Below are positions 24,580-36,237 of a stretch of 62,933 nucleotides of DNA, in pieces. How positions within the stretch are numbered: the stretch's first letter is position 1; every line of letters starts with the position of its first letter. The stretch is taken from assembly GCA_001724265.1 (NCBI GenBank), contig MEDY01000145.1, forward strand, positions 1 to 62,933. Reading direction: 5' to 3'. A program made the position numbers and the translations under genes. The notes below the pieces were generated by a model. That model made no database searches. It was not told the origin of the DNA and worked only from the letters and a program-made list of their open reading frames with translations. This DNA comes from Rhizaria sp. SCN 62-66 (Eukaryota).

Positions 24580-27500
24580 ATGCCAGGCGAGGGCGAAGCT
24601 ACTCCCCAGGGCACTCCGCGCCCCGGCACGGCGTCCCGCTCGCGCACCTCTGCGCCCGTGGACGTTTCCTCGTCTACGGCTGCCACCGCAGCGCCCGCCG
24701 TGCTCCCGCTGCTGCCCGGGTCGCGCCCCGGCACCGCGCGGCGCGCCCCGCTGCCCCAGCAGTCGCCGTCGTCGTCGCGCACTGCGCCGCCAGCCCCGCA
24801 TCGCGGCACGCCTACCGCGCCCGCGGCGCCCGCTGCGTCTGCCGCGGCCGCTGCGGTCACCGGGGGCGCGGTGTACGGCCCCGTGTCGCCGCCGGCCGCC
24901 GCGGTCACGCTCGCGGCGCTGCCGAACACGTCCTCCGCCCCCTCAGCAACAGCCTCCGCCTCTGCCTCTGCCGCCGGTCACAATGACGACGACGACGACT
25001 ACGACGAGGACGAGGACGAGGGGGAAGATGATCATGAGGAGGACGCTGCGCCGGAGCCCGCCCGCGAGGAGAGCCACGAGTACACCAACACTGACACCGA
25101 GGACGAGGAGGACGACGACTACACTGCCAAGGCCAAGACCCCAGTGAAGCCCGCGCCTGCCGTCTCCGCCGCCGCCGTCGCCGCCGCCACGCCCGCGCCT
25201 GCTGCCGCTGCTGATGGCGAGGACGAATATGAGGACGATGACGAGGACGTGGACGAGGACGAGGACGAGGAGAACGAGGCAGCGCCCGTTGCTGCTGCTG
25301 CTGCTCTTGTCCCTGCGCTTGCGTCTGCGCTCGCACCCACCGCCGCCGCCGCCACTAGTAACAAGAGCGACGACGAGGAGGATGAGGACGAGAATGAGGA
25401 CGAAGATGAAGATGAGAGTGAAGCAAAGCAAACCGAGGCTGTTACGCCTGTCGTCCCTGCTGCCTCTGAGCCCGCGACCGCGACTGTCCCCCCGGCTACG
25501 ATCAAAAGCGAGGACGACGAAGACCAAGACGAGGATGAGGACGAGGACGAGGACGAACCCGCTGCCGCCAAGCTCGCTCCCGCTGATGCCGGCCCTGCCG
25601 CCGTCGCCTCCGCCTCTGCCTCTGCCCCTGCACCCGCCACCGCGTCGGCCACGGTCCGCACTAGCAAGGGCGACGATGATGACGACGAGGACGAGGACGA
25701 GGACGAGGATGAGGATGAAGACGAAGACGAAAAGAAGGCTTCGCTGCCCAAACGTGCGCCCGTGGCCATTGTCGCCGCTCCTGAGGCATTCGCGGCTGCC
25801 GGCGAGGCCGCCAAGACCAAGGCCGAGGTCAAGACTGCGTCTGCGTCCAAGTCAGATGACGAGGACGAAGAAGAGGACGAGGACGAGGATGAGGACGAGA
25901 AGGATGACGACAAGAAGGCGCCATCGAGCGCTGATGCTGCTGCCTCTGCGAAGCCCGCGTCACTTATGGCCAACACCCCCGCTGCTGCTGTTGCCGAGTC
26001 GGCTCGTAGTGAGGAGCCTGCCGTTGCTGTCGCACCGACTGCCAGTGCTGCTGCCGACGCCTCTGCGTCTGCTAGCGCCGATCCCGCTGCTCCCGCGACA
26101 CCGCTGGATCTGCCGCAGTCTGCGAGCCGCCCCGCTGCCTCCCTCAGCGCGTCCCCTTCGGTCTCCGCCGCCTCGCCCACGGCCACGCCGGCTCGCGCTC
26201 CGCGGCGTGTCGCGGCCACCCCGGCCCCGGCCACGGGCGCCAAGCTCCCCGCCACAAGTAGAGGGGACATCGCGAACGGCGACGACGTGGACGCGCTGCA
26301 CGAGCGGTTTCTCGCCATCTACAGCGACGTCGACGCTTACGAGCGCGCGCAGCATCGGCAGCGGTCCGCCAGCGACGACGAGGCCAACGCGCTGCCGCCG
26401 TCGCCCTCCGCCGCGGCCGCCGCGCAGCAGCACGGCCAGCCGCAGCCGCAGCCGTACGACCTCCACTCGTCGTCGAGTGCGTCGCTGTTCGCGCCCGCAG
26501 ACCCTCGCCTGAACCCCTGCAGTTCACAGTCGCAGGCGCCGGCGCAGTCGCGCGCGCAGTCGTCCCACCAGGCGCGACAGCCGCGTCCGCCCTCGCACGC
26601 ACCGCCCTTGACAGCCTCCGCGCGCCGCTCCGCACGCGGCGCCGGCGGTTCCGTTGCCGAGGGCACTGCCTCCGCGAGTGCGAGTATGACGGGGGCGGTG
26701 TCGGGCGCGGACGGCGGCGGCTGCGGCGGCGGCGAGCGCAGGCAGTCGCCGACGGCGCGCGCGGCAGCGGTGGCGCGGACTATTCTGACCGCGATTGAGT
26801 TCGTGCCGCCGCCCAAGGACCGGGACGGCGCCGCGCAGGGCGGCGACGACGGCCAGCCCACGCACTTGCACTCCCACGCGCACTCTAACGCGCACGGCCG
26901 AAGCCACAGCCGTGGGCCGACGCGGCCCGGCACTGCGGGCGACTCCTCTGCCCAAAGCGCTCATGTCCACGGTCGCGCCCACGGTCACTCGAGTGATGAT
27001 GGCGGTAACAGCGCAGCCATCGCTGACCCTGACCACGCAGCGGAATCCGACGTTGCTGACACTGAACAGCATCAACACGAGTCTGCTGCACCTGCACCTG
27101 CGCCTGCACCTGCGCACGAACACGACGTGTGGTCGCCGGTGGCGCAGGCGCGGCGCATGCTCGAGCTCGAGCGCGAGCGCGCTGCGGGCGTGCGCAAGGG
27201 CTCGCGCGCGCGCGGCGGCGGGCTGGGCGGCGGCAACCACAACAACACCGCGACGCAGCGCGACGTGTCGGCCTCGCGCGCGCGCACCAGCAGCGCCGGC
27301 CGCGATGACAGCGTCAACGGCGTCATCTCGCGCCAGGCGCAGGCCTCGCTCGGACACAGCAGCGGCGGCCGCAGCCGCGGCGGCGCGCGCGGCCCCGGCG
27401 GCCCCAACGGCTCTGACGACGACGACTGCGAGCATGACGAGAGCGGCGCGAGCGGCAAGCGCGATGCGCGCGCGCTGTCGCCGCCACACGCGTCGCGGCT

Positions 27501-30500
27501 GCCACCGGGCGCAGAGGCGCTGCCTGAGGGCGGCGGCGCGTACCCGCTGGCGCCGCCGCTGCTGTCGGACACGGCTGCGGGCGCGGCGCTGCGCGCAGAG
27601 CGGCGCGAGCGGCGGCGCGTTGAGGGCGAGCGCGAGCGCGCGTGGGACTCGAGCGCGCCGCTGACGCAGACCGACGGCGCTAAGGGCCCCGCCAAGGGCT
27701 CAGGCGGCACGCTCTCGCAGCAGTTTGGTGCCGGCCGCAGCCACCGCGACGGTGCCATCGCGGCGCACGCGCAGACTGGCTCGCAGGTCCACGGCGGCGA
27801 TGGGAGCTACAACCGCAGCCGCCGATACAGCCAGAGCGGGCGCCAGTCGCACTCGCCCTCGCCCGCGCGCGGCGCCGGCCCCGTCCACGGCCACGGCCAC
27901 GGCCACGGCCACGGCGAGTACAATAACACGCACGGACGCTCCCCCTCGCGATCGCGCTCGCGGTCGCACTCGCCGCGGCCCGTGCCGGGCCCCGACGAAG
28001 GCTACCGGCGTGGGCTGCACCGCCCGCCGACGGGCCCGCCGCCGCCGTCACAGTCGACACTGGACCTGCTGGCATGTACCGCGCTGGCGCCCGCCTTCGC
28101 GCCCACGAGCCAGCAGCAGCGCAACCGCGGCATCCCGCCGCTGAACCCCACCACGGCCGGCGCCACGGCGGCCCACGGCCAGGGCGGCGGCAACGGGGCG
28201 GCGCGCCCCGCCGCCGGCTGGAGCCAGGGCCGGCCCGCAACCCAGGGCGCCTCGCGCGCCCACCTGCAGACCGGGAGCGGCGCTCGGCAGCCGCAGTCTC
28301 AGTCTCAGCAGCAGCAACAGGACGGCGTGGTGCTGAACCCGCTGATCCACCCGTCGGCGCTAGCGTTGACGACGCCGCTCGCGCGCACGCAGCTGTTGCT
28401 AACCGCCTACGGGCTGCGCGCGACCATCGCGCCGCCGCCTCACCAGCAGCAGCAGCAACAACAACATCAGCAGCAGGGCGGCCGCGGCCGCACTGCTGCG
28501 CCGCAACAGACGCGCCAGAGCCAGCAGCCGCAGCAGCCGCCACAGCACGGCGACGGTGACAATGAGAACAACGGTATGGGCGACTTGTGGAACGTCCCCG
28601 CCGACTCTGACGACGACGACGACGCCGCAAGCAGCATCGGCGGCGGTGGCGCTGGACAGCAGACGCAGCCGGAGCCCTCGCACCGCAGCCGTGCCGTCGC
28701 CAACGAGCGCCGCCGCTCAGTCACCTCCACGACGTCCTCTCAACCGCAGCATCAGCAGCAGCAGCCTGCTCAGAGCGAGCCCGCCGCCGCGCCGCTGCTG
28801 AGCCCGGCCTCCGCGGTCGCGCTGCTGCCGCCCACCGACGTCTCGGTGACGAACCACCTGCGGCGGCAAGCCACGCGCCACGCCTCGCTCGCGCGCGGCG
28901 TGCTCAGCGCGCTCTACGATGGCGGCTGCGACCGCAGCGCGCAGCACACCGTCAGCGGCGCTAGATACAACGGCGGCGACGGCGGCGCTGGCGGACAGCA
29001 GGGGCACAGGGGGTTCTCACAAGGTGGGCTGCAACACAGGTTACAGCCTCGCGCGGACGCGTACCAGCTCAACCGTCGCCCGCCGACGTCCGCCTCCATT
29101 GCGGGCGGCAGCCACCACGACAGGAATCACGGCCAGGCGCAACACTCCAAGAGTCAGACTCAGCAGCACCAGAAGCAGCAGGACCAGCAGGCTCAGCAGC
29201 AACAGGGCCCCGCGCCCGCGCAGTCGACCGTTGCGGGCGTGCCGCTGACCGACTACGCGCGCAACATGGGGCTGCTTCGCGCCGCCGCCGTGTGGTCCTC
29301 GGGCGTGGTCCCGCCGGAGCTCGCCAAGACGGGCAAGGCCTCGCGCGTGGGCCGCCGGCCCTCGGTCGCGAGCACAGGCGGCCCCTCGAGCTCTGCCGCA
29401 GCCTCGTCGCGGCCCGGCACCACGGCTGCCAACAGCAGTGGCAGCAGCAGCAGCAGCAGCAGCGTTGGAAACGCCAACAACAACAACGGCAACGCGGTCA
29501 TGTTCGCGCCGCTGCCGCCGTTGTCTGCGAAGTCCTCTGTGGCGTCTAGAGACGACGCCGGCGCGCGCCCCCAGTCGCACGCGCGCTCGCGGCCGCAGTC
29601 GCACTCTCAGTCGCGCTCACGGCAGCGGCCCCGCACGCGTGGCGCTGGCGAGCCCGCGCCGCACGCGCACGCCGAGGAGCCTGACAGCTACCTGCGTGGC
29701 GACGGCGTCGGCGACGGTGACAGCGCGATAGGCTTCACCGACAGTGCCGACTACGACTTGCAGCGGCAGGATGGCGACGGCGACGCTGACGGCGACGGTG
29801 AAGGCGGCACTGCGCAGCCGCAGCCGCGGTACCCGGTGCCGCCGCCGCTGTGGACATCCCCGCCGCGTCGCGCGGCGACCGCGGCCGAGGGCAGCTCGCG
29901 GCGCCACCCCAGCGGCAGCCCGCACCGCACGACGGCGCCGCCGGCCGCGCTGACGCCGCTGTCCTCCTCGGGCAGCGCCAGCGCGCGCAGCGCCGCCTAC
30001 GGCAGCAGTGGCGGCGCGGGCTTCACGTCGCCGTTCCGCGGGCCGGCGTCGCCCAGCACCAACACTGCGCGCGAGTCGACCAGCCGGTCCTCGTCGCGGC
30101 CCGCGACGCGCGGCGGCGCCGGCGCCAGCGCAGTCAAGTCGACGCCGCGCGCGCGCGCCAGCGAGGAGCGCAACAAGACCGAATCCATCGGCGGCTCCCC
30201 GCGGCGCGCGACGCCGCCGCCGAACCAGAAGGAAATTGGCATCGACAAAGCGCGCGTGATCGCACAGCGTCGCTACGGCGCGCAAACGGCCGAGGACATG
30301 CTGCTCGCGCGCGAGGCGCGGCAGGAGGAGAAGCGCGCCGCGGCGGAGGAGGCCCTGCGCGCCGAAGCCACTGCGGCGGCGTCGGCCAAGAAGCAGCAGC
30401 GCGGGCGGCTCGAGCGCGGCGCCGCCGCGGCACGGCTGGTGCGCGAGCGGCTTGAGAAGGAGAAGCAAGAGAAGGCACAGAAGGAGGCCGAGGCCAAGGC

Positions 30501-33500
30501 CGCCAGCTTGCGCGCCGCCGAGGCCGAGAAGGGCTGGCACAAGGCCGCCGAGTCCGGCGCCGACATGCACGCCGACGACGCCGATGCTGGGTCCCAGCAC
30601 CAGGATCAGCAGCAGCAACAGCGCAAGAACGAAGCGAAGGACGGTAAGCACAACCAGCGCGCGCCCGACGGGCTCTCGCCGCTGGCCATTGACGGCGCCG
30701 ATCAGGGCCGCGAGGACTACGACGCGCTGGGCGCGCTCGCGGACCCGTTGGCCGCGCGCCACGCCGGCGCTGACGGCAACGAGAGAGGCGCAGAGACGAC
30801 GACGCCGACCGCAGCCTCGCAGCGCGGCCGACGCACGCACCCGCTCAGCCTGAGCCAAGGCCGCAAAGGCGCGTGGGCGGACCCGTTCTTGTCGCCGTAC
30901 ACCACGCCCGCGCACGGCCGCAACAAGAGCTTGCAGATCCCCACGCTCTCGCCCACCGCGTCGCAGCAGTCGGGCGCCGCGGGCAGCGCCGCGCAGCCCG
31001 CCGCGGGCGCGCTGATGATGACGCCGATGATCCGCGCGACGCCCACCGCGGCGGGCGGCGCGTTGCGTGTGCCATCGCTCGTCGCGGCGCCCTCGGGGAG
31101 CCCGTCGGTGTCGGTGCGCCGCACGCCGTCGCAGGCGCTCATGTCCCCGCTGCGCGCGCGCCGCGACCGCTACCTGGTCACCGTCGGGGGCTGGCTCGCG
31201 GGGTCTGCCGAGAGCTCGCTCGTGGTCGGTGTGGACGCCGCCGCGCTTGTGGAGGCGCTCGCAGCCGCGGCGGCCGACGCGGTCGCCCCCGCCGCGCGCG
31301 CACTCGCCGCGTTCTTGCCTGCTTCCTCCCCCGCAGTCGTGCCAGCGCACGCCGGCGACTCACTCGTCATGAGCAGGGACGCCATGGCCACGGTACGCCA
31401 GGCCGGCGCGGCCGCGCTGCTCGCCGCCGCGGCCTCCGCGCTCGTGCCCGCGGCCGGTGGCTCGCTCTGGCTCACGGTGACCACGGCGCCCGTCGTTGCC
31501 GCGGCGGCCGTGTCGAGCGAGGACGTCACGCCCGCGGTCGCGCGGCAGAGCTCGCTCACGCTATCAACCCCCACGGCGTCCACCGCTGGCGTCATGCCCA
31601 TCACGCTGCTTGCCTGTGCGCCCGTCGCTCTCGCTGCTGCTGACTCTGGTGACGGGAACGCTGCCTCTGTGCACAAGCCCCTGGCTGCGCCTGACCGCGT
31701 TGCGCTGCCCGCTAACGCCGCCGCCCCGGTCCCGTCGCCGGCCACGGCCGCGCGCGCCAGCGCAGCGCCGACGCCCCGCGCGAGCGCGGCCGCCGCGGCT
31801 GCTGCTGACACCATCCACGGCGCGACCGCCCAGCACGGCTCCGCTGCCGCCGTCGCAGCCGCGAACAAGGCCGCTGCGCTGTCGTCGTTCGAGCTCATGC
31901 ACCGTATTTCGTCCCGCGCCACGGTCCCGCGCGTCCCCGCGGCGCCAGCGTCCACCGCTGCCGCCGTCGCCGCCGCCACGGCTGCCGCGACCGTCCAGCC
32001 CGTGGCAGAGCAGTCCGGTACTGCCGACGCTAGCGGGCCGGAGCTGCAGCCGCAGATGACGCGCGAGATGCTCGAATCGCTGCCTCCTGCGGACGCCACT
32101 GCTCAAGACATCGTTGAGCTCGTTGCCGCCGAGAGAAGCAACGCCGCTGCCACTGACACGGTCTCTGCGCCTGCTGAGACGACCATTGTCGCGCCGCCTG
32201 CGCAGAAGCCCGCTGCTAAGCCCACCCCGGCCGTCGCGACGCAGACGCTCAGCGCGCTCGTTGCGGTGCCGCTGTCTGACTCGGTGAGCGAGGACGCACC
32301 CAACGCGCCCCGCAGCCTCACCGAGGCGCTGTGTCTCAGTCTCGTCTACCTGCCGCCGCTCGCTCACGCGGCGACGCTGACCGCGGCGGCGACCACGACG
32401 GCGACTGCGGACCCCGCGGAGGCCGCGCGCCGCATCCGCCAGGGCGCCGCAGCGCCGCTCTTCACGGCCTGGCTGCGCACCGGCGAGCTGGCCGCGGTCG
32501 CTGCCGCGCCGCCCGCGCTCACGGTCGCTGACGCAGAGGCCGGCGCCACCGCCGCGCCTCCCAAGGCGACCATGGCGCTCGAGCTGTTCGGCATCGGCGT
32601 CGTCGCGCCGGCGCCCGCGCAGTCGGGCCAGAGCGCGTCGCGGCAGCTCGTGCGGCTTTCGGCGGCGCTCGAGGTCGCGCGCGTGCTGCCTGCGGGCCCG
32701 CCCAACGCAGCGCCGCCGGCTGTCGGTCTTGACGCTCATGCGACGCCGCACAAGCACGTCTCCGTCGCAGACTGCGGGTCTACCGCGGTTGTGCCCGACG
32801 CGAGTGCTGGTGAGGGCGCGGTGAGAGCCGGCGATATGCCGTCGCTGCCTGACCCTTCAGTTACCCCCGTGCCCGGCGCTACATCGCCTGTGGCCGTCCC
32901 GACAACCCCTGCTCTCGCTGCTGCCCCTGCCCTGACCATCGCAGCTGTCGCACCCGTGCGCGTTGTGGGATCGCCGTACTATACGGCCACGCGCAGCCAC
33001 GTCTCGGTCACTCACTCGGTGCCCGGCACGCCCGCTGCGACGTCTGCGGGCGACAGCCTGACGGACTCGATTCCCACTGTCACGCGCCAGCTTTCGCTGG
33101 CTGCGCGTCGCCGCACATATGGCCAGAGCAGCCTCGCGCCCACGCCGATGCACGCAGGCGGGCCCAGCCGCAGCCACGCCGGTGGCGCCGCTCCAGGCGC
33201 TGCCGTGGGGCAGGACGACGACGCCCTGGTGCACTCGCAGTCTGTCGATGAGTTTGCGATGGGGACGCTGCAGAACTCTCAGTCGATGCCCGGTCATGTG
33301 GTCTCGGCTTCGTTCTCGCTCACGGCGCCGCTGCCGATGCCCTCCGTCGGTGGCGCGCCGCACCCGCTGCGAATCCCAGAAGAAGACTCAGCCGCCACCG
33401 CCGACTCCGGCGACGGCGAGCGCGTGCTTTCGGCGAACAACCGCAGCTCCGCGCGCGCCGCCAGCGACGACGGCATGACGACCGGCCGCTCAGCGCACGA

Positions 33501-35820
33501 CGACTCCGTCGCGTTCGGTGCCGGCGCCGGCGCGGGCGACGACGCGCTGCTAGGCGCGAGCCTCGACGGCGCCGCGGCCCCTACCGAGCCCGAGGCCGGC
33601 GCTGCATCCGGCGTGGGCCGCGGCGGCTGGGTCGCCCCGACCCCGCTTGTCCCGCCCAACGACGGCTTCGGCGACTCTGGCATCATCGCTGACACCGCCA
33701 GCGCGTACGACGACGACGCCCCGTTCTGTGTCGACGGCTTCGTGGACCCGTGCGGCGTGCGCTGGCAGTACGACCCCGAGGCGGACGACTACTACCCGCT
33801 CGGCGTGCCCTCGGTGGCCGCCGGCCCCGTCGGAGCTGGCGGCCGCGGCGACGACAGCAACGGCGACGACTACCACGGCTACGACGCCGAGCGCGAGGTT
33901 GAGATCCGCGACTATGACGGCGACAGCCTGTGTCCGTCGCCGTCGCCGGACCGCGAGCGCTCCATCAGCTACGCGCCGATTGAGGACGACCGCCAGATTC
34001 CCGCCGCCGCCGTTCCGCCGCCGCCACCTGACCATGTCGTGTTTGAGATGGCGCTTGCCAACGCGTACCTGCTCGCGTCCCCTGCCGTCGCGCATGTCGG
34101 CGGCGCCGCGCAGTCCGCGCCCGTGATGTCTGCGCTCTGCGCCCCGTCGCCCGTGTGCGCTGTGTGGGTCCGCGACGAGCCCACCACCGTGGCCGCCGCC
34201 GCTGAGATGAGCGAGGCTGGGCAGCAGCCGTCGCGCCGCCGCCGCGGGTCTGTGCAGCCGGCCGCTGCACCCAGGCGCGCGCTGGTGCCCGACTCGCTGC
34301 TGCTGGTGCAGACCGAGTGGAGCGCGGAGCCCGCCGCAGACACGACGTTCTACATTAAGCTCGCTGTGCCTGTCGAGTTCCTTCTGCAACCCTACGACGC
34401 CAAGCTTAAGTTTGTTGTCTACCACGTGCCGCCTTCGGCTTCTGTTGCCGCTGATGACGGCAACAGCGGTGCTGGCGCAGTTGAGCCGACTGCGGACCTG
34501 TCCCGTGGCGTGATTCTCGGCATTGCTTCGGTCCCGTGCGCAGATGTGCTGTTGTCCTTTGCGGCTACACCCGACGCACCGCTGTCGCTTAAGCTTCGCG
34601 GTGGCGAGGCGTCTGTCGCCACACAGGCTGCCCGTCGCGCGCGCAAGCAGGCCGCGAGCGCGGACCCCGAAGAGGCCGCAGTGGCGGCGTACGTGATGGA
34701 CGCACTCGCGGCTGCGCACGGCAACGTCGTCGGATGCTCGCACGGCGCCACTTTGTCTCTTAAGATCTCTGCTGGTGCCACCGCACTCCGCGATAAGCAG
34801 GTGCTGCTGACGCGCATTGCCACCGAGACTGCCCAGCAGATGACGAAGCCGAAGCCCCTCACTGCTGGCACCACTGCCACCACGCTGCAAGACTCAGTTG
34901 AGCCCAATCCACTTCAACACCAAAGTCTGGAGCAGGTGCAGAGTGGAGCGGCTGCTGAAGACAGCGGGCTCTACGACAGCAACGCGTTCGGACCTGATGG
35001 CGCGCACCACCATGTTGCTGAGTCTGCTTCCGTGGCCAACACAGTTCCCACTATTGCTGAGAACGCAGAGGGCGTCGACGGCAGCTCAACTGATGCTCAA
35101 CACCATCACACTCAGCCACATGCAGAACAGCAAGCTCAGCTGCACAAGTCGCTCCAGCAGGAGCCAGAGCAGCAACACGACGGACATATGCTGCAGCAAC
35201 AGCTGTATGACGAGCAGCAGCCGCAACAACAACCCTTCGACCAGCAGCAATACTCAAGTGATCAACAGCTTCATGAGCATGTTTATGAGCAGCAACACGC
35301 GCCTCATCTGACTGATCATCAAGAACATGAAGTGCAGCTGAACGATCAACACGATAGCAACACTGTTCATCCGCAGCATAATACTAATGATGCGGCTGTG
35401 GACACTCATGTTGCAACCCATTCTTATGCCCACGATATGCAACCCGCTGTCGCTGCACCCGCTGACCCCGTTAAGACCGAGCCCCCGCGCGCTTGCGTTG
35501 TCGCCGACGCCGCGGTATGGACCGCTCATGGCGACCGTAGCAACGCTGAACCCGCCTTTGTGCATGCTGATGTCGAGCAACTAGAACACCGTGTTGGTGA
35601 AGACGAAGGCATCGTCATGAGCGGCCACCATGGGTTCGTGACTGACGAGAGAGGCGATGAGGGTACTCAGCGTGGTGTCGCCGCAGCGCCGCGACTATAG
35701 GCATACGTCAGTGAGGTCCACCCTGACATGCATGCACACCTGATACTGCCCCCTGTCCCCGTCATGTCGCCCATTGCTGACACACGTGTCTACGACTTTG
35801 AGAGTTTCGGTAGAGGCTAA
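24580..35820 (+). CDS. Giant (about 3746 aa) mostly disordered protein with acidic repeats and a C-terminal C2-like domain; in-frame TAG 35698-35700
   Basis: 11-kb uninterrupted GC3-rich ORF. C2-like strands at about 34030-34600 (VVFEMALANA, SPVCAVWV, VQTEW, TFYIKLAV, KLKFVVYHV, ILGIASVP). Another 39 sense codons follow the TAG before TAA 35818-35820. Start codon is uncertain. Confidence 0.75.
24982..25915 (+). repeat. At least six poly-Asp/Glu blocks ((GAG-GAC)n) separated by Ala/Pro-rich spacers
   Basis: Repeated K-S/G-D/E-D-(ED)n blocks: SNKSDDEEDEDE, IKSEDDEDQDEDE, TSKGDDDDDEDE, ASKSDDEDEEE. Confidence 0.85.
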
Positions 35821-36237
35821 GCATTCTTGCAATTGACTCCACTCAAATCTACGCTTGTCGTCAAGATATACTCGAAAGGGTTAGTATGTTTTATGATTTA
35901 AATTACAATTTTCAAACCTCTATTAATACATAAGTGATAACTCTTCCAACGTAATGATTTGTCGTCCGTTTACTAGTTAGATGACATGTTGAAGGTGAGT
36001 GAATGTATGTGTATTCACTCTAAAATTAATCATTTTGCTTCACCGCGGACTCTCACTACTGTTACAATTACCCATTCCGCAACCGCACACATTTTAAACA
36101 AAGTAAACAGCAGATGATGTGCTAAAATTAAACAACACCAGAAATACATTCCTTCAAGCTCAATCATTACATTAATTTTAGTAACTTCCACCTCAACTTA
36201 CTCTCGACACGAGAGTCGCTTAGTTCTGACATCACGC

